Shown here piece after piece: positions 1 through 7,544 of a stretch of 31,891 nt of DNA. The stretch is from Gemmatimonadales bacterium (lineage in GTDB: Bacteria > Gemmatimonadota > Gemmatimonadetes > Gemmatimonadales > GWC2-71-9). The translations under genes and the position numbers were made by a program. Position 1 is the first letter of the stretch. The number at the start of each line of letters is the position of its first letter. The DNA is taken from the NCBI GenBank assembly GCA_034666205.1, contig JAXDMF010000210.1, forward strand, positions 1 to 31,891, read 5' to 3'. Under the pieces are notes generated by a model. It worked only from the letters and a program-made list of their open reading frames with translations, had not been told where the DNA came from and did not search any database.

Positions 1-157
1 GGGAAGGACGGGAAGGACGGGAAGGTGGTGCACTTCGTGGGAATTGGGTGGCTACATAGACGTGGCTGCTCTGTAGGTCACTTGCGAAAGGGCCACCCCC
101 TATGCCAGCGCGGTGACCCTTCCCGTCCTTCCCGTCCTTCCCGCCCTTCCCGTCCTT
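1..157. repeat. Inverted pair of 9-mer tandem arrays (GGGAAGGAC)n / (GTCCTTCCC)n enclosing about 90 nt
   Basis: 1-25 reads gggaaggac gggaaggac gggaagg (cut by the window edge). 118-157 is about 4 copies of the reverse complement and abuts the kamA stop at 158-160. Confidence 0.85.
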
Positions 158-1276
158 CTAAGCCGTCCGCCGCTTCGCCCCGCGCTTCCGCGGCTTCTTC
201 AGCTCGAGGACGCCCGCTTCCTCCCGTGGCTGCCGGTACACATAGCGCTCTCCCCGGAAGTTCTTCAGAACCACTTCGTCTTCCGTCATGCTCTCTACGT
301 AATCCGGCAGGATTGGGACCTTCCCGCCGCCACCAGGGGCATCGATCACGAAATACGGCACGGCCAGCCCGCTGGTCCAGCCCCGCAGCGCTCTCATAAT
401 CTCGATCCCGGTCTGCACCGACGTGCGGAAGTGCTCCGCGCCGGCCACCTGGTCTGCCATGTAGATGTAGTAGGGGCGGACCCGGGCCATGAGCAGCCGC
501 TGCATGAGCTCCATCATGACCGCCGGTGTGTCGTTCACGCCCTTGAGAAGCACCGTCTGGCAGCCCAGCGGGATCCCCGCGTCGGCCAGCATACCCAGGG
601 CGGCGACGGCCGCCGGCGTCAGCTCATCAGGATGGTTGAAGTGGGTATTGATGAAGAGCGGGTGAAACCGCTTCAGCATGGCGCACAGCTCGGGCGTGAC
701 CCGCTCCGGCAGATGGCATGGGATCCGGCTGCCGATCCGGATGATCTGAAGGTGGGGAATGGCCCGAAGCCGGATCAGGATGGCCTCGAGGCGTCGGTCG
801 TTCAGCAGGAGGGGATCGCCGCCGGACAGGATGACGTCCCGAATCTCGGTGTGTTCCTCGAGATAGCGAAAGGCGCTCTCGAACTGGGACATCGGGATCT
901 TCTCGGGATCACCGACCTTGCGCCGACGGGTGCAGAAGCGGCAGTACGTGGCGCAGACGGGCGACACCAGAAACAAGGCCCGGTCGGGATACCGGTGGGT
1001 GATATTGGGCACCGGGCTGTCGGCGTCCTCGTTCAGCGAGTCCACGATCCCGTCCACCACATCCAGCTCCTCGACCGACGGCACATATTGGCGCCAGATC
1101 GGATCGTCCGGAGACTTGATGAGATCGACCATGGCCGGCGAGATCCGGAACTCAAAGTTCTCGGCCGCCTGCCGGAGCCGCTCCAGCTCTGGAAAGTTCT
1201 CGGGACCGAACTTGGCGGCCAGCGCGTCGAGCGACGCGATCGAGTTCTTTCTCAGGACCTCTTGCCAAGTTTCCAT
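158..1276 (-). CDS. kamA: KamA-family radical SAM enzyme, lysine 2,3-aminomutase type (372 aa)
   Basis: CxxxCxxC (CATYCRFC), HRYPDR, SGGDPL, RIGSR, HFNHP, YYIYMAD and the PLP-lysine motif DAPGGGGK. GGAGG Shine-Dalgarno 7 nt before ATG. Confidence 0.92.
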   Translation of the reverse strand: METWQEVLRKNSIASLDALAAKFGPENFPELERLRQAAENFEFRISPAMVDLIKSPDDPIWRQYVPSVEELDVVDGIVDSLNEDADSPVPNITHRYPDRALFLVSPVCATYCRFCTRRRKVGDPEKIPMSQFESAFRYLEEHTEIRDVILSGGDPLLLNDRRLEAILIRLRAIPHLQIIRIGSRIPCHLPERVTPELCAMLKRFHPLFINTHFNHPDELTPAAVAALGMLADAGIPLGCQTVLLKGVNDTPAVMMELMQRLLMARVRPYYIYMADQVAGAEHFRTSVQTGIEIMRALRGWTSGLAVPYFVIDAPGGGGKVPILPDYVESMTEDEVVLKNFRGERYVYRQPREEAGVLELKKPRKRGAKRRTA

Positions 1277-1295
1277 TTATCCGCCTCCGGTTACA

Positions 1296-1365
1296 GGTAA
1301 GAGGTAAGAGGTAAGAAGTGAGAGGGCAGAACGTCCCTCTTACCTCTCACCCCTCACCTCTCACC
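1296..1365. repeat. Inverted heptamer tandem repeat (GGT[A/G]AGA) forming a 31-bp hairpin between GNAT and kamA
   Basis: Arms 1296-1326 and 1335-1365 with an 8-nt loop. One arm encodes the last GNAT codons and its stop. Confidence 0.9.
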
Positions 1366-1847
1366 TTCTTTACAAACACCACCTGATCATCCCCCGGGGC
1401 ATAGAAGTCGGGGATGGTGGCTGCCGCCCGGTAACCCCGGGCCTGGTAGAAGCCGCGGGTGGCGGCGTAATCGGGCCGCCCCGTGGTCTCGATGATGACC
1501 AGCCGGGCGAGCCCGGCGAGGCGGCGCTCCATTTCGCTGAGAAGAGCGGAGCCGATCCCGCTACCCTGGAGCGCAGGCTCCACCGCCATCCAATAGAGAT
1601 CGTATGTGCCGAGGGTGCAGGGGGTGGGGCCCCAACAGATCCAGCCGACCAGGCGGCCGTCGACGTCGGCTCCCAAGGCGGTGTATGACTGGCTGCCGCC
1701 TTCCCGGACCGCCTCATCGAAGACCTCGAGCGCGACCGGGATCTCGTCGTCACGAAACAAGCCCACCGCACGAGTAATGTCCTCGATGCGGCCGCGATCG
1801 GCTGCGCTGAGGGGGCGGAGACGAGAGGAGACCAGGGTGCCGCTCAC
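1347..1847 (-). CDS. GNAT-family N-acetyltransferase (about 166 aa)
   Basis: YDLYWMAV followed by acetyl-CoA motif A (QGSGIGSALL), then FYQARGY. The GTG start at 1847 overlaps the upstream TGA (GTGA). The ORF-track extension to 2195 lies inside the upstream gene and is spurious. Confidence 0.88.
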   Translation of the reverse strand: MSGTLVSSRLRPLSAADRGRIEDITRAVGLFRDDEIPVALEVFDEAVREGGSQSYTALGADVDGRLVGWICWGPTPCTLGTYDLYWMAVEPALQGSGIGSALLSEMERRLAGLARLVIIETTGRPDYAATRGFYQARGYRAAATIPDFYAPGDDQVVFVKKVRGEG

Positions 1848-2854
1848 GCGGCTGACACCCCGCTGACGAGGGCGACGGCGGCCTGATGGCGCTGCGAGCG
1901 CATGAGAGCCTCGTCCACGACCTGCATGACCAGATCGTCGTAGCTCCAGCCAAACGCCCGGCCCATGCGGGCGAGGCCGGCGTTGCTCGAGAGATCGGGA
2001 GTGGGGTTGACCTCGAGGACGTAGGGCTGGCCGTCCTCGCTCAGCCGCAAATCGACGCGGCCGTAGCCTTCGCCGTCGGACATGTGCTCCCAGGCTTTTC
2101 GGGCTATCTGGCCGATGCCCTGGAGCACCTCGGGCGACAGGTCCGCTGGGCAGACCGGCACCGTTCCCTCGTCTTCGGGGCTGCCGGGAATCCACTTGGC
2201 GGCATAGCTCACGATCGGCCAGGTTCCCTGGGGAAGGTCCTCGAACCGGATCTCGGCAATGGGCAACATCCGCTTGCCGACGAATCCGACGTTGAACTCC
2301 CTGCCCGCCACGTATTCCTGCACCAGCACTTCATCGAACTGCTCGAGCATCTGCGTGACCCGGCGCTTGAGGGCCCGCTTGCTGGTGACGACCGCGCCGT
2401 TGTCGATTCCGACGCTGGCGTCTTCAGCCGCGGGCTTCACGATGGCCGGGAGGGGGAAGTCGGCGGGAGCCTTGTTGGCCTGGGCCAGGGTGAAGGCCGG
2501 AACCGGAACCCCGGCGGATGCAAGCAGCGTGTTGGCCACGTGCTTCCGATGGCAAACGGCGGTGGGCCAGGTCCGGCAGCCGGTGAACGGCACGCCGGTG
2601 AGCTCGAGGGTGCCCACGACGAAGTCTTCGAAGCGGGCGTAGCCGTTGATCCCCTCGCACAGGTTGAAGACGAGGTCGGCCCGGCGAACCCGGGAGAGCC
2701 AGCGGAAATCGCCGTACCGGACGGGCAGGAGCTCGACCTCGTGCCCCCGGCGCCGCAACACGTCTCGGACTTCGTGGACGTTGGCGACTACCGCAGCCAC
2801 GTCCTGGGGACTCCACTCTTCGCTGCCCGCATCGAAGAGAATGGCGACTTTCAT
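1844..2854 (-). CDS. D-Ala-D-Ala-ligase-like ATP-grasp enzyme B (336 aa), non-canonical
   Basis: VFNLCEG, IVKP, QEYVAGREFNV, YGRVDLR, LEVNPTP. Lacks the Ddl N-terminal GGxSxE motif. Confidence 0.88.
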   Translation of the reverse strand: MKVAILFDAGSEEWSPQDVAAVVANVHEVRDVLRRRGHEVELLPVRYGDFRWLSRVRRADLVFNLCEGINGYARFEDFVVGTLELTGVPFTGCRTWPTAVCHRKHVANTLLASAGVPVPAFTLAQANKAPADFPLPAIVKPAAEDASVGIDNGAVVTSKRALKRRVTQMLEQFDEVLVQEYVAGREFNVGFVGKRMLPIAEIRFEDLPQGTWPIVSYAAKWIPGSPEDEGTVPVCPADLSPEVLQGIGQIARKAWEHMSDGEGYGRVDLRLSEDGQPYVLEVNPTPDLSSNAGLARMGRAFGWSYDDLVMQVVDEALMRSQRHQAAVALVSGVSAA

Positions 2855-3958
2855 TCAGGCTACCTCCGCCAGGAGTGAACGGCCGCTGATCCGCCGCCAG
2901 GCCACGTCGGCGACGGTGCGGATGAGTTCGTCGTAGCTCATCCCGGCCGCAGCCGCGGCCTTGGGAAAACACGAATGGTCTCGCGGGTCGGGCAAAATGC
3001 CCGGCAGCGGATTGAGCTCGACGACCATCGGACGACCGGCGGCGTCACAGCGGACGTCGACGCGGCACCAGTCGCGGCATTCCAAGGTGTGATACGCTGC
3101 CAGCGCGACCTCCCGTATTTCCGCCGCGAGCCGCTTCGAGATGTTGGCTGGGCACTCGTAGATCTCGAGCGGATTGCTGGGCGTGTCCCAGATCCACTTG
3201 GCCTCATACCCGTAAATCGGTGGCGCACCCTTCGGCAGCATATCAAATCGCATGCCGATAATCGGCAGGCAACGCGCCTCGTCACCGTTGCCGAGGATGG
3301 CGACGGTGAACTCCTGGCCCGGCAGATAGGTCTCGATCAGCACCGGCTCCGAGTACGTCGCGAGAAGATGAGAGACCTGTTCCACCAGTTGCGAGCGGTT
3401 CCGGCAGAAACTCCGGGTGGTGATCCCTTTCCCCGAGCCCTCGAACGCAGGCTTCACAAAGAGGGGAAATGGGAGCTTGACCCGCCGGGCATCTGCTGCT
3501 GAGTGCGCCACGGTGAAGGGAGCCGTCGGCACTCCGCGATAGGAGAGGATCTCCTTGGCCCGGCCCTTGTGGAGTGCGAGGCCGAGCGTGAGCGGATCGG
3601 AGGCGTGGTAGGGCACGCCGAGGAACTCGCAGATGGCGGGGACGTGCGCTTCCCGGCTTGCCCCGTAGAGTCCCTCGGCGATGTTGAAGACGAAATCCGG
3701 CCGGAGCAGCGCTAGCCGGGCCGGAAACCTGCTGTCGGCCTCGAGGCGATGGACCTGTCCCACGGTGCTGAGCGCCCGCTCCACCGCATTGATGGTTGCG
3801 GGCTCATCCCACTCAGCGTACAGGTCGGGTTGATGGAGGTCAGGGCGGAAACCCCGACTCGGAGGTTCGTCGGATGGAGGGGATTCGGAGATCGCCCCGG
3901 CTGGGTTAGCCGGCGCCGCGGGTTTGAGATTAAAGGCGAGTCCGATCCGAACTGCCAA
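2855..3958 (-). CDS. D-Ala-D-Ala-ligase-like ATP-grasp enzyme A (367 aa), non-canonical
   Basis: FVFNIAEG, LFVKP, ETYLPGQEFTV, CRVDVR, ELNPLPG. TTG start with GAGG 6 nt upstream. The stop directly abuts the next ATG. Confidence 0.88.
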   Translation of the reverse strand: MAVRIGLAFNLKPAAPANPAGAISESPPSDEPPSRGFRPDLHQPDLYAEWDEPATINAVERALSTVGQVHRLEADSRFPARLALLRPDFVFNIAEGLYGASREAHVPAICEFLGVPYHASDPLTLGLALHKGRAKEILSYRGVPTAPFTVAHSAADARRVKLPFPLFVKPAFEGSGKGITTRSFCRNRSQLVEQVSHLLATYSEPVLIETYLPGQEFTVAILGNGDEARCLPIIGMRFDMLPKGAPPIYGYEAKWIWDTPSNPLEIYECPANISKRLAAEIREVALAAYHTLECRDWCRVDVRCDAAGRPMVVELNPLPGILPDPRDHSCFPKAAAAAGMSYDELIRTVADVAWRRISGRSLLAEVA

Positions 3959-3971
3959 AGGCTTCCTCTAC

Positions 3972-3999
3972 AAAAAAGGCCGTCCGCGAGAGACGAGCC
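3972..3999 (-). terminator. Intrinsic terminator in the 5' leader of the ATP-grasp/GNAT/kamA operon
   Basis: Minus strand GGC(U)CGUCU-CUCGC-GGACGGCC followed by U6, ending 13 nt before the TTG start. Confidence 0.65.
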
Positions 4000-4026
4000 A
4001 GGACGAGTTCACGTATCGACACAACT

Positions 4027-4055
4027 AAGGTAAGGAAAATCTTTTGATGGCACAA
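4027..4055 (-). promoter_or_regulatory. sigma70-like promoter TTGTGC-N17-TACCTT
   Basis: -35 at 4055-4050 and -10 at 4032-4027, with an exact 17-nt spacer in an AT-rich island. Predicted TSS about 4020. Confidence 0.55.
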
Positions 4056-4093
4056 TAGTTTTTGGAAAGAAAGTCGGAATGAGTTTTGGAGGA

Positions 4094-4208
4094 GTCGCTA
4101 GTCGTTAGTCGCTAGTTCCTAGTCTTTGGTCGTTAGTCTCTGGTTTTCAGCTCTAGTGGGTGGCTGCCTCCGAGCTAAGGACTAGAGACTAACGGCTAGC
4201 GACTAGAC
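4094..4208. repeat. Inverted degenerate heptamer arrays (GTCGCTA-like / TAGCGAC-like) at the thyX 3' end
   Basis: 7-nt-periodic TAG/CTA units at 4094-4156 and 4175-4208. The thyX stop (4203-4205) lies inside the array. Confidence 0.85.
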
Positions 4209-4955
4209 CTTATGAAATTCCACCCGACCCGCTTCTCCCCCCTCGGGCGACTGATAGATCTCGAAGTCAGCGAAGAGCGCCGGCGCCTCCTGCTGGAGGA
4301 CACGGAGGCAGGCCACCGCCATCCGACGGATCTCCAGCTCGGCACCCTCGCCCAGCCTGAGCTCCAGCATGGTTCGCCAGGCACGGACGTTCGCGCTGGC
4401 CACGATCTTCACCTCGGTCGCGTTGGGGAGGACGCTCCGGGCCGCCTCGCGGGCCAGCTTCCGCCGGTGAACCTTGTCCTCGACCCACTCGTAGCGGGAC
4501 ATCAGGCGCTCGACCGCCTCGACATAGGCAGTTTGAGCAGCCCGGACCTGGTTGGTCCACTCCGCTTCGAGCGTCGGGTCCCCCATGATCGCGGGCGGCA
4601 TCACGAAGGCGGCGTGGGACTCGTCCACGTAGCGCTGGGAGAGCTGGGAAAAGCCCCAGCCCGCCCGGTGCCGCACCAGCTCATGGCTGCAGGAGCGCGA
4701 GATCCCCTCGATGAGCATCACATAGGTGGAGTGCTCGAAGACCGAGCCGTGCCCCTGCCGCAGAATGTTCCGCAGATACTCCGGGGTGCTCCGGCCCGCC
4801 GGATTGTGCTGGCTCATATAGCAGAGCCGTCCGGCAAATTCGGCCAGCCGCTCCCCGTCGGTCGATTCGCCCTTCCACTGGACTGGGAGATGCGCGGGCT
4901 CGAGAAACTGGGGCCGGGCGATAAGGGTAATGCGAGGTTCGCGGAGGATTTCCAT
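4203..4955 (-). CDS. thyX: FAD-dependent thymidylate synthase (about 250 aa)
   Basis: GHGSVFEH, SRSCSHELVRHR and the ThyX motif RHRAGWGFSQLSQRY, plus AARSVLP and NVRAW. Start placed at ATG 4955 because the 4997 extension only translates heptamer repeats. Confidence 0.93.
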   Translation of the reverse strand: MEILREPRITLIARPQFLEPAHLPVQWKGESTDGERLAEFAGRLCYMSQHNPAGRSTPEYLRNILRQGHGSVFEHSTYVMLIEGISRSCSHELVRHRAGWGFSQLSQRYVDESHAAFVMPPAIMGDPTLEAEWTNQVRAAQTAYVEAVERLMSRYEWVEDKVHRRKLAREAARSVLPNATEVKIVASANVRAWRTMLELRLGEGAELEIRRMAVACLRVLQQEAPALFADFEIYQSPEGGEAGRVEFHKV

Positions 4956-4958
4956 GGA

Positions 4959-5076
4959 GTCGCTAGTCGCTGGTCGCTGGTCGGTAGTTACGCTCATGAG
5001 ACTCTAGTCTAGGGTCCGGATTCCAAAGTGGAAGACCACGCGTCTGTTGGGTAACTCGCGACTAGCGACTAGCGAC
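4959..5076. repeat. Inverted heptamer arrays (GTCGCT[A/G]) / (GCGACTA) between the FAD oxidoreductase and thyX
   Basis: gtcgcta gtcgctg gtcgctg gtcggta at 4959-4986 and gcgacta gcgacta gcgac at 5058-5076, the latter containing the upstream stop. Confidence 0.85.
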
Positions 5077-6717
5077 TTCACCAGCCAATTCCAACCGGGA
5101 CCTCGCATAGCCCCCGGTCCGCTCGATCTCGCGCAACGAACGCTGGACGTCGTCGGGCAGCGGCACTGCAGTCGCCCCAACCTTGAGGTGGCTGATCGGC
5201 GGATCGCCGGCCTGAGGCCCCTCGGGGCACGGAAGGATAATGCCCGGGTTGAATATTCCCAGAGGATCGAAGCTGCGCTTGACCCGCCGGAACAGCTCGA
5301 CGATCTCCGGCCCGTAGACTCGGGTCAGTGCCTCCACCCGAAGGCGGCCGTCCCCGTGCTCGCCGGACAAGGTGCCGCCGAGACGAACGACGGTCTCGGT
5401 GACGGCATCCATCACCCGGACGATCGCGGACTCCCAGCCTGGACGACTCACGTCGGGAAGCAGGTTGACGTGGATATGACCGTCGCCCGCATGCCCGAAC
5501 ATGACAGCCGGGATGGCGGCCTCGGCCACCACCCGCCGCACCGCCCGGATGTACTCGCCCATGCGAGCAATCGGCACGCACGCGTCCTCAATCACCTGGA
5601 GCGAGCGCTGCCCCTCGGGTAACCGGGCCAGGATGGGGCTGGCAGCGTGGCGAATGGCCCAGAGCCGGTCCGCAGCTTCGGCCGAGACTCCGGTCTCGAC
5701 CGACAGGGCGAACGGGCGGACGGCAGAGCGAGCCTGCTCGACGGCCTGGGTCAGGGATTCGTCGTCGCCGCGCTCCAGCTCCACCAGCAGCACCGCGTCG
5801 GCATCAGAGCCAACGAGGCCTGCCTCGGAGAGTGCGCCTGATCCGACGAGATCGAGGAAGCTGCGGTCCAGCAGCTCGACCGCCGAAGGGTCGGCGGAGC
5901 TGAGGGCCGCCACGGCCGGGCCGAGCTCATCGAGCGAACGGAGCGACACGCGAAGGCCGGCCCGGCAGGGCGGCTTGGGGTCGAGCCGCCACTCGATCTC
6001 GGTCACAATAGCGAGGGTGCCCTCGCTGCCGATGAGGAGATCCAGCGCATCGCCAGAGGCGAGGTATGCGTCGAGGGCGTATCCGGAGGAATTTTTCCGG
6101 GTGTGGGGGAAGCGTTCCGCGATCAGCGGGGCCGCCGAGGCGATCGCCGGCGCCGCGTCCCGGTCGAACCGGGTCAGCGCCGCGGACTCCGGCTGGGCCT
6201 TCCCGCGCCTGAGAGCTACGACGTCAGCCTCGGCGGTTACGATGGTGAGGGCCTCGACCCAGGAACGCACGCTGCCGTACCGAACCGATCTCGCTCCGGC
6301 CGCGTTGGTCGAGACCATTCCGCCCAACGACGCCCACTGCCCGCTGGACGGGTCGGGCGGAAGGCGGAGCCCATAGGGAGCCGCGGCGGTGTTGAGCTCC
6401 GCGAGGGTCACGCCCGCACTGGTGGTCGCGCGCCGGGCGGTGGCATCAACGTCGAGCCGGCGACCTGCCATGTGGCCGAGATCCACCATCACGCCTTCAC
6501 CGACGTTGCCGCCGCCCATGGCGCTGCCTGCTCCGCGCGGCACCAATGAGGCGCGGTGCTCGGCCGCCCAGCGAATCAGATGCTGGAGATCGTCGATGTC
6601 GGCGGGAAGGCAGACGGCCTGGGGAAGGATGCGATAGATGCCAGCGGCCTCTGCATAGGCGGCCCGAGCCCTCGAGTCGGTTCGGTAAATGCCCCGGACG
6701 GCTGGAGGAGGCAGCAT
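5062..6717 (-). CDS. FAD-binding oxidoreductase, GlcD / D-lactate dehydrogenase-like (FAD-linked oxidase family)
   Basis: PRGAGSAMGG, PPDPSSG-ASLGGMVSTNAAG, GSEGTL, GHAGDGHIH, LSGEHGDG, FDPLGIFNPG. ATG at 6717 (TTG at 6723 possible). Confidence 0.88.
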   Translation of the reverse strand: MLPPPAVRGIYRTDSRARAAYAEAAGIYRILPQAVCLPADIDDLQHLIRWAAEHRASLVPRGAGSAMGGGNVGEGVMVDLGHMAGRRLDVDATARRATTSAGVTLAELNTAAAPYGLRLPPDPSSGQWASLGGMVSTNAAGARSVRYGSVRSWVEALTIVTAEADVVALRRGKAQPESAALTRFDRDAAPAIASAAPLIAERFPHTRKNSSGYALDAYLASGDALDLLIGSEGTLAIVTEIEWRLDPKPPCRAGLRVSLRSLDELGPAVAALSSADPSAVELLDRSFLDLVGSGALSEAGLVGSDADAVLLVELERGDDESLTQAVEQARSAVRPFALSVETGVSAEAADRLWAIRHAASPILARLPEGQRSLQVIEDACVPIARMGEYIRAVRRVVAEAAIPAVMFGHAGDGHIHVNLLPDVSRPGWESAIVRVMDAVTETVVRLGGTLSGEHGDGRLRVEALTRVYGPEIVELFRRVKRSFDPLGIFNPGIILPCPEGPQAGDPPISHLKVGATAVPLPDDVQRSLREIERTGGYARSRLELAGEVASR

Positions 6718-6745
6718 CGCCAAAAGCTAACTATCTTTTCCCCCT

Positions 6746-7540
6746 ATGGCTGAGGGTCCTCGAGCTCAACTGATTCATATCGACGTCGATCGCCGGCTCG
6801 GGCACGAATGGGACGAGTGGGACGGACGTCCGCTGCCGAATCAGGGGAACTACGATTCTCCCCCCGCGCTCTTCTTTGCCTGGTCAGCCATCGCCCTCGC
6901 CCTCGGTCTCGGTCTGGTCGCGCTGGTCCTTTATCTGCTCACACCCCGCCTCGGAACAGTTCACGCCAGCCTGCCTGCGATACTCTGGAGCGCCCTGCTG
7001 CTTGGAGGATCTCTGCTCTGGGTATGGTGGGGAGTGTTGCTGCTCTCACATGAGATCGAGCGGCCGCTTCTTCCCGAATGGCTGGCGGAGCGAGGGCCGT
7101 TCCTGGGCCTCATGCGGCTGACGTCCCGGGTCGCGGATCGGTTTGGCCGTCGGGACTGGGTGGAGAATGCGGCGGTGAAGGTCTACAACAGTCTTGCCGT
7201 GATGCGCGGCCGCAAGGTCGGTCAGGGGGAACTGCTGCTGTTGATCCCCCGCTGCCTCTCCAAGGTGACGCTCGACGGCGTGCTCGGGATCGCGGGGAAG
7301 TACGGAGTGCCCGTCTTCGTAGCCACCCGGGGACAACTGGCGCGCCGGGTGATCAGGGAGCGCCGGCCCCGGGCCGTGGTGGCCGTTGCCTGCGAGCGAG
7401 ACATGGTGAGCGGCTTGCACGATGTTGCCGGCAAGATCCCGGTGCTGGGCCTGACCATGACCCTGCCGGCCGGGCCCTGCAAGGACGCCTCGCTGGATCT
7501 GGGTCAGCTGGAGCGGTGGGTACAGGCTTACGTCGTGTGA
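6746..7540 (+). CDS. DUF116-domain membrane protein (264 aa)
   Basis: Two N-terminal hydrophobic helices, then IPRCL, VAVACERDM and GPCKD Cys motifs typical of DUF116. Confidence 0.75.
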   Translation: MAEGPRAQLIHIDVDRRLGHEWDEWDGRPLPNQGNYDSPPALFFAWSAIALALGLGLVALVLYLLTPRLGTVHASLPAILWSALLLGGSLLWVWWGVLLLSHEIERPLLPEWLAERGPFLGLMRLTSRVADRFGRRDWVENAAVKVYNSLAVMRGRKVGQGELLLLIPRCLSKVTLDGVLGIAGKYGVPVFVATRGQLARRVIRERRPRAVVAVACERDMVSGLHDVAGKIPVLGLTMTLPAGPCKDASLDLGQLERWVQAYVV

Positions 7541-7544
7541 AGAA

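Noticed and set aside
158-1276. Interpretation as EpmB for EF-P beta-lysylation
   Set aside because: No efp or epmA nearby, and the gene is coupled to ligases and a GNAT. Not formally excluded without phylogeny.
113-1300. 395-aa plus-strand ORF and other long antisense ORFs (e.g. 1886-2878, 11456-12637, 16205-17455)
   Set aside because: They are shadows of well-supported opposite-strand genes in GC-rich DNA and have no recognisable motifs.
1848-2195. N-terminal extension of the GNAT ORF given in the track
   Set aside because: It lies wholly inside the upstream ATP-grasp gene in another frame. The GTGA-coupled start at 1847 gives a normal-sized GNAT.
1844-3958. Annotation as housekeeping ddl genes
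   Set aside because: The GGxSxE motif is missing, the omega loop ends in Trp, and there is no mur/fts context.
3968-4012. 14-codon uORF (GTG...TAG, MNSSWLVSRGRPFL) spanning the leader terminator
   Set aside because: No SD, it starts about 8 nt after the predicted TSS, and it has no run of regulatory codons. Too weak to call a leader peptide.
46-4165. Shared 8-mer gggtggct inside the loops of two repeat elements (46-53 and 4158-4165)
   Set aside because: A single GC-rich 8-mer match is compatible with chance.
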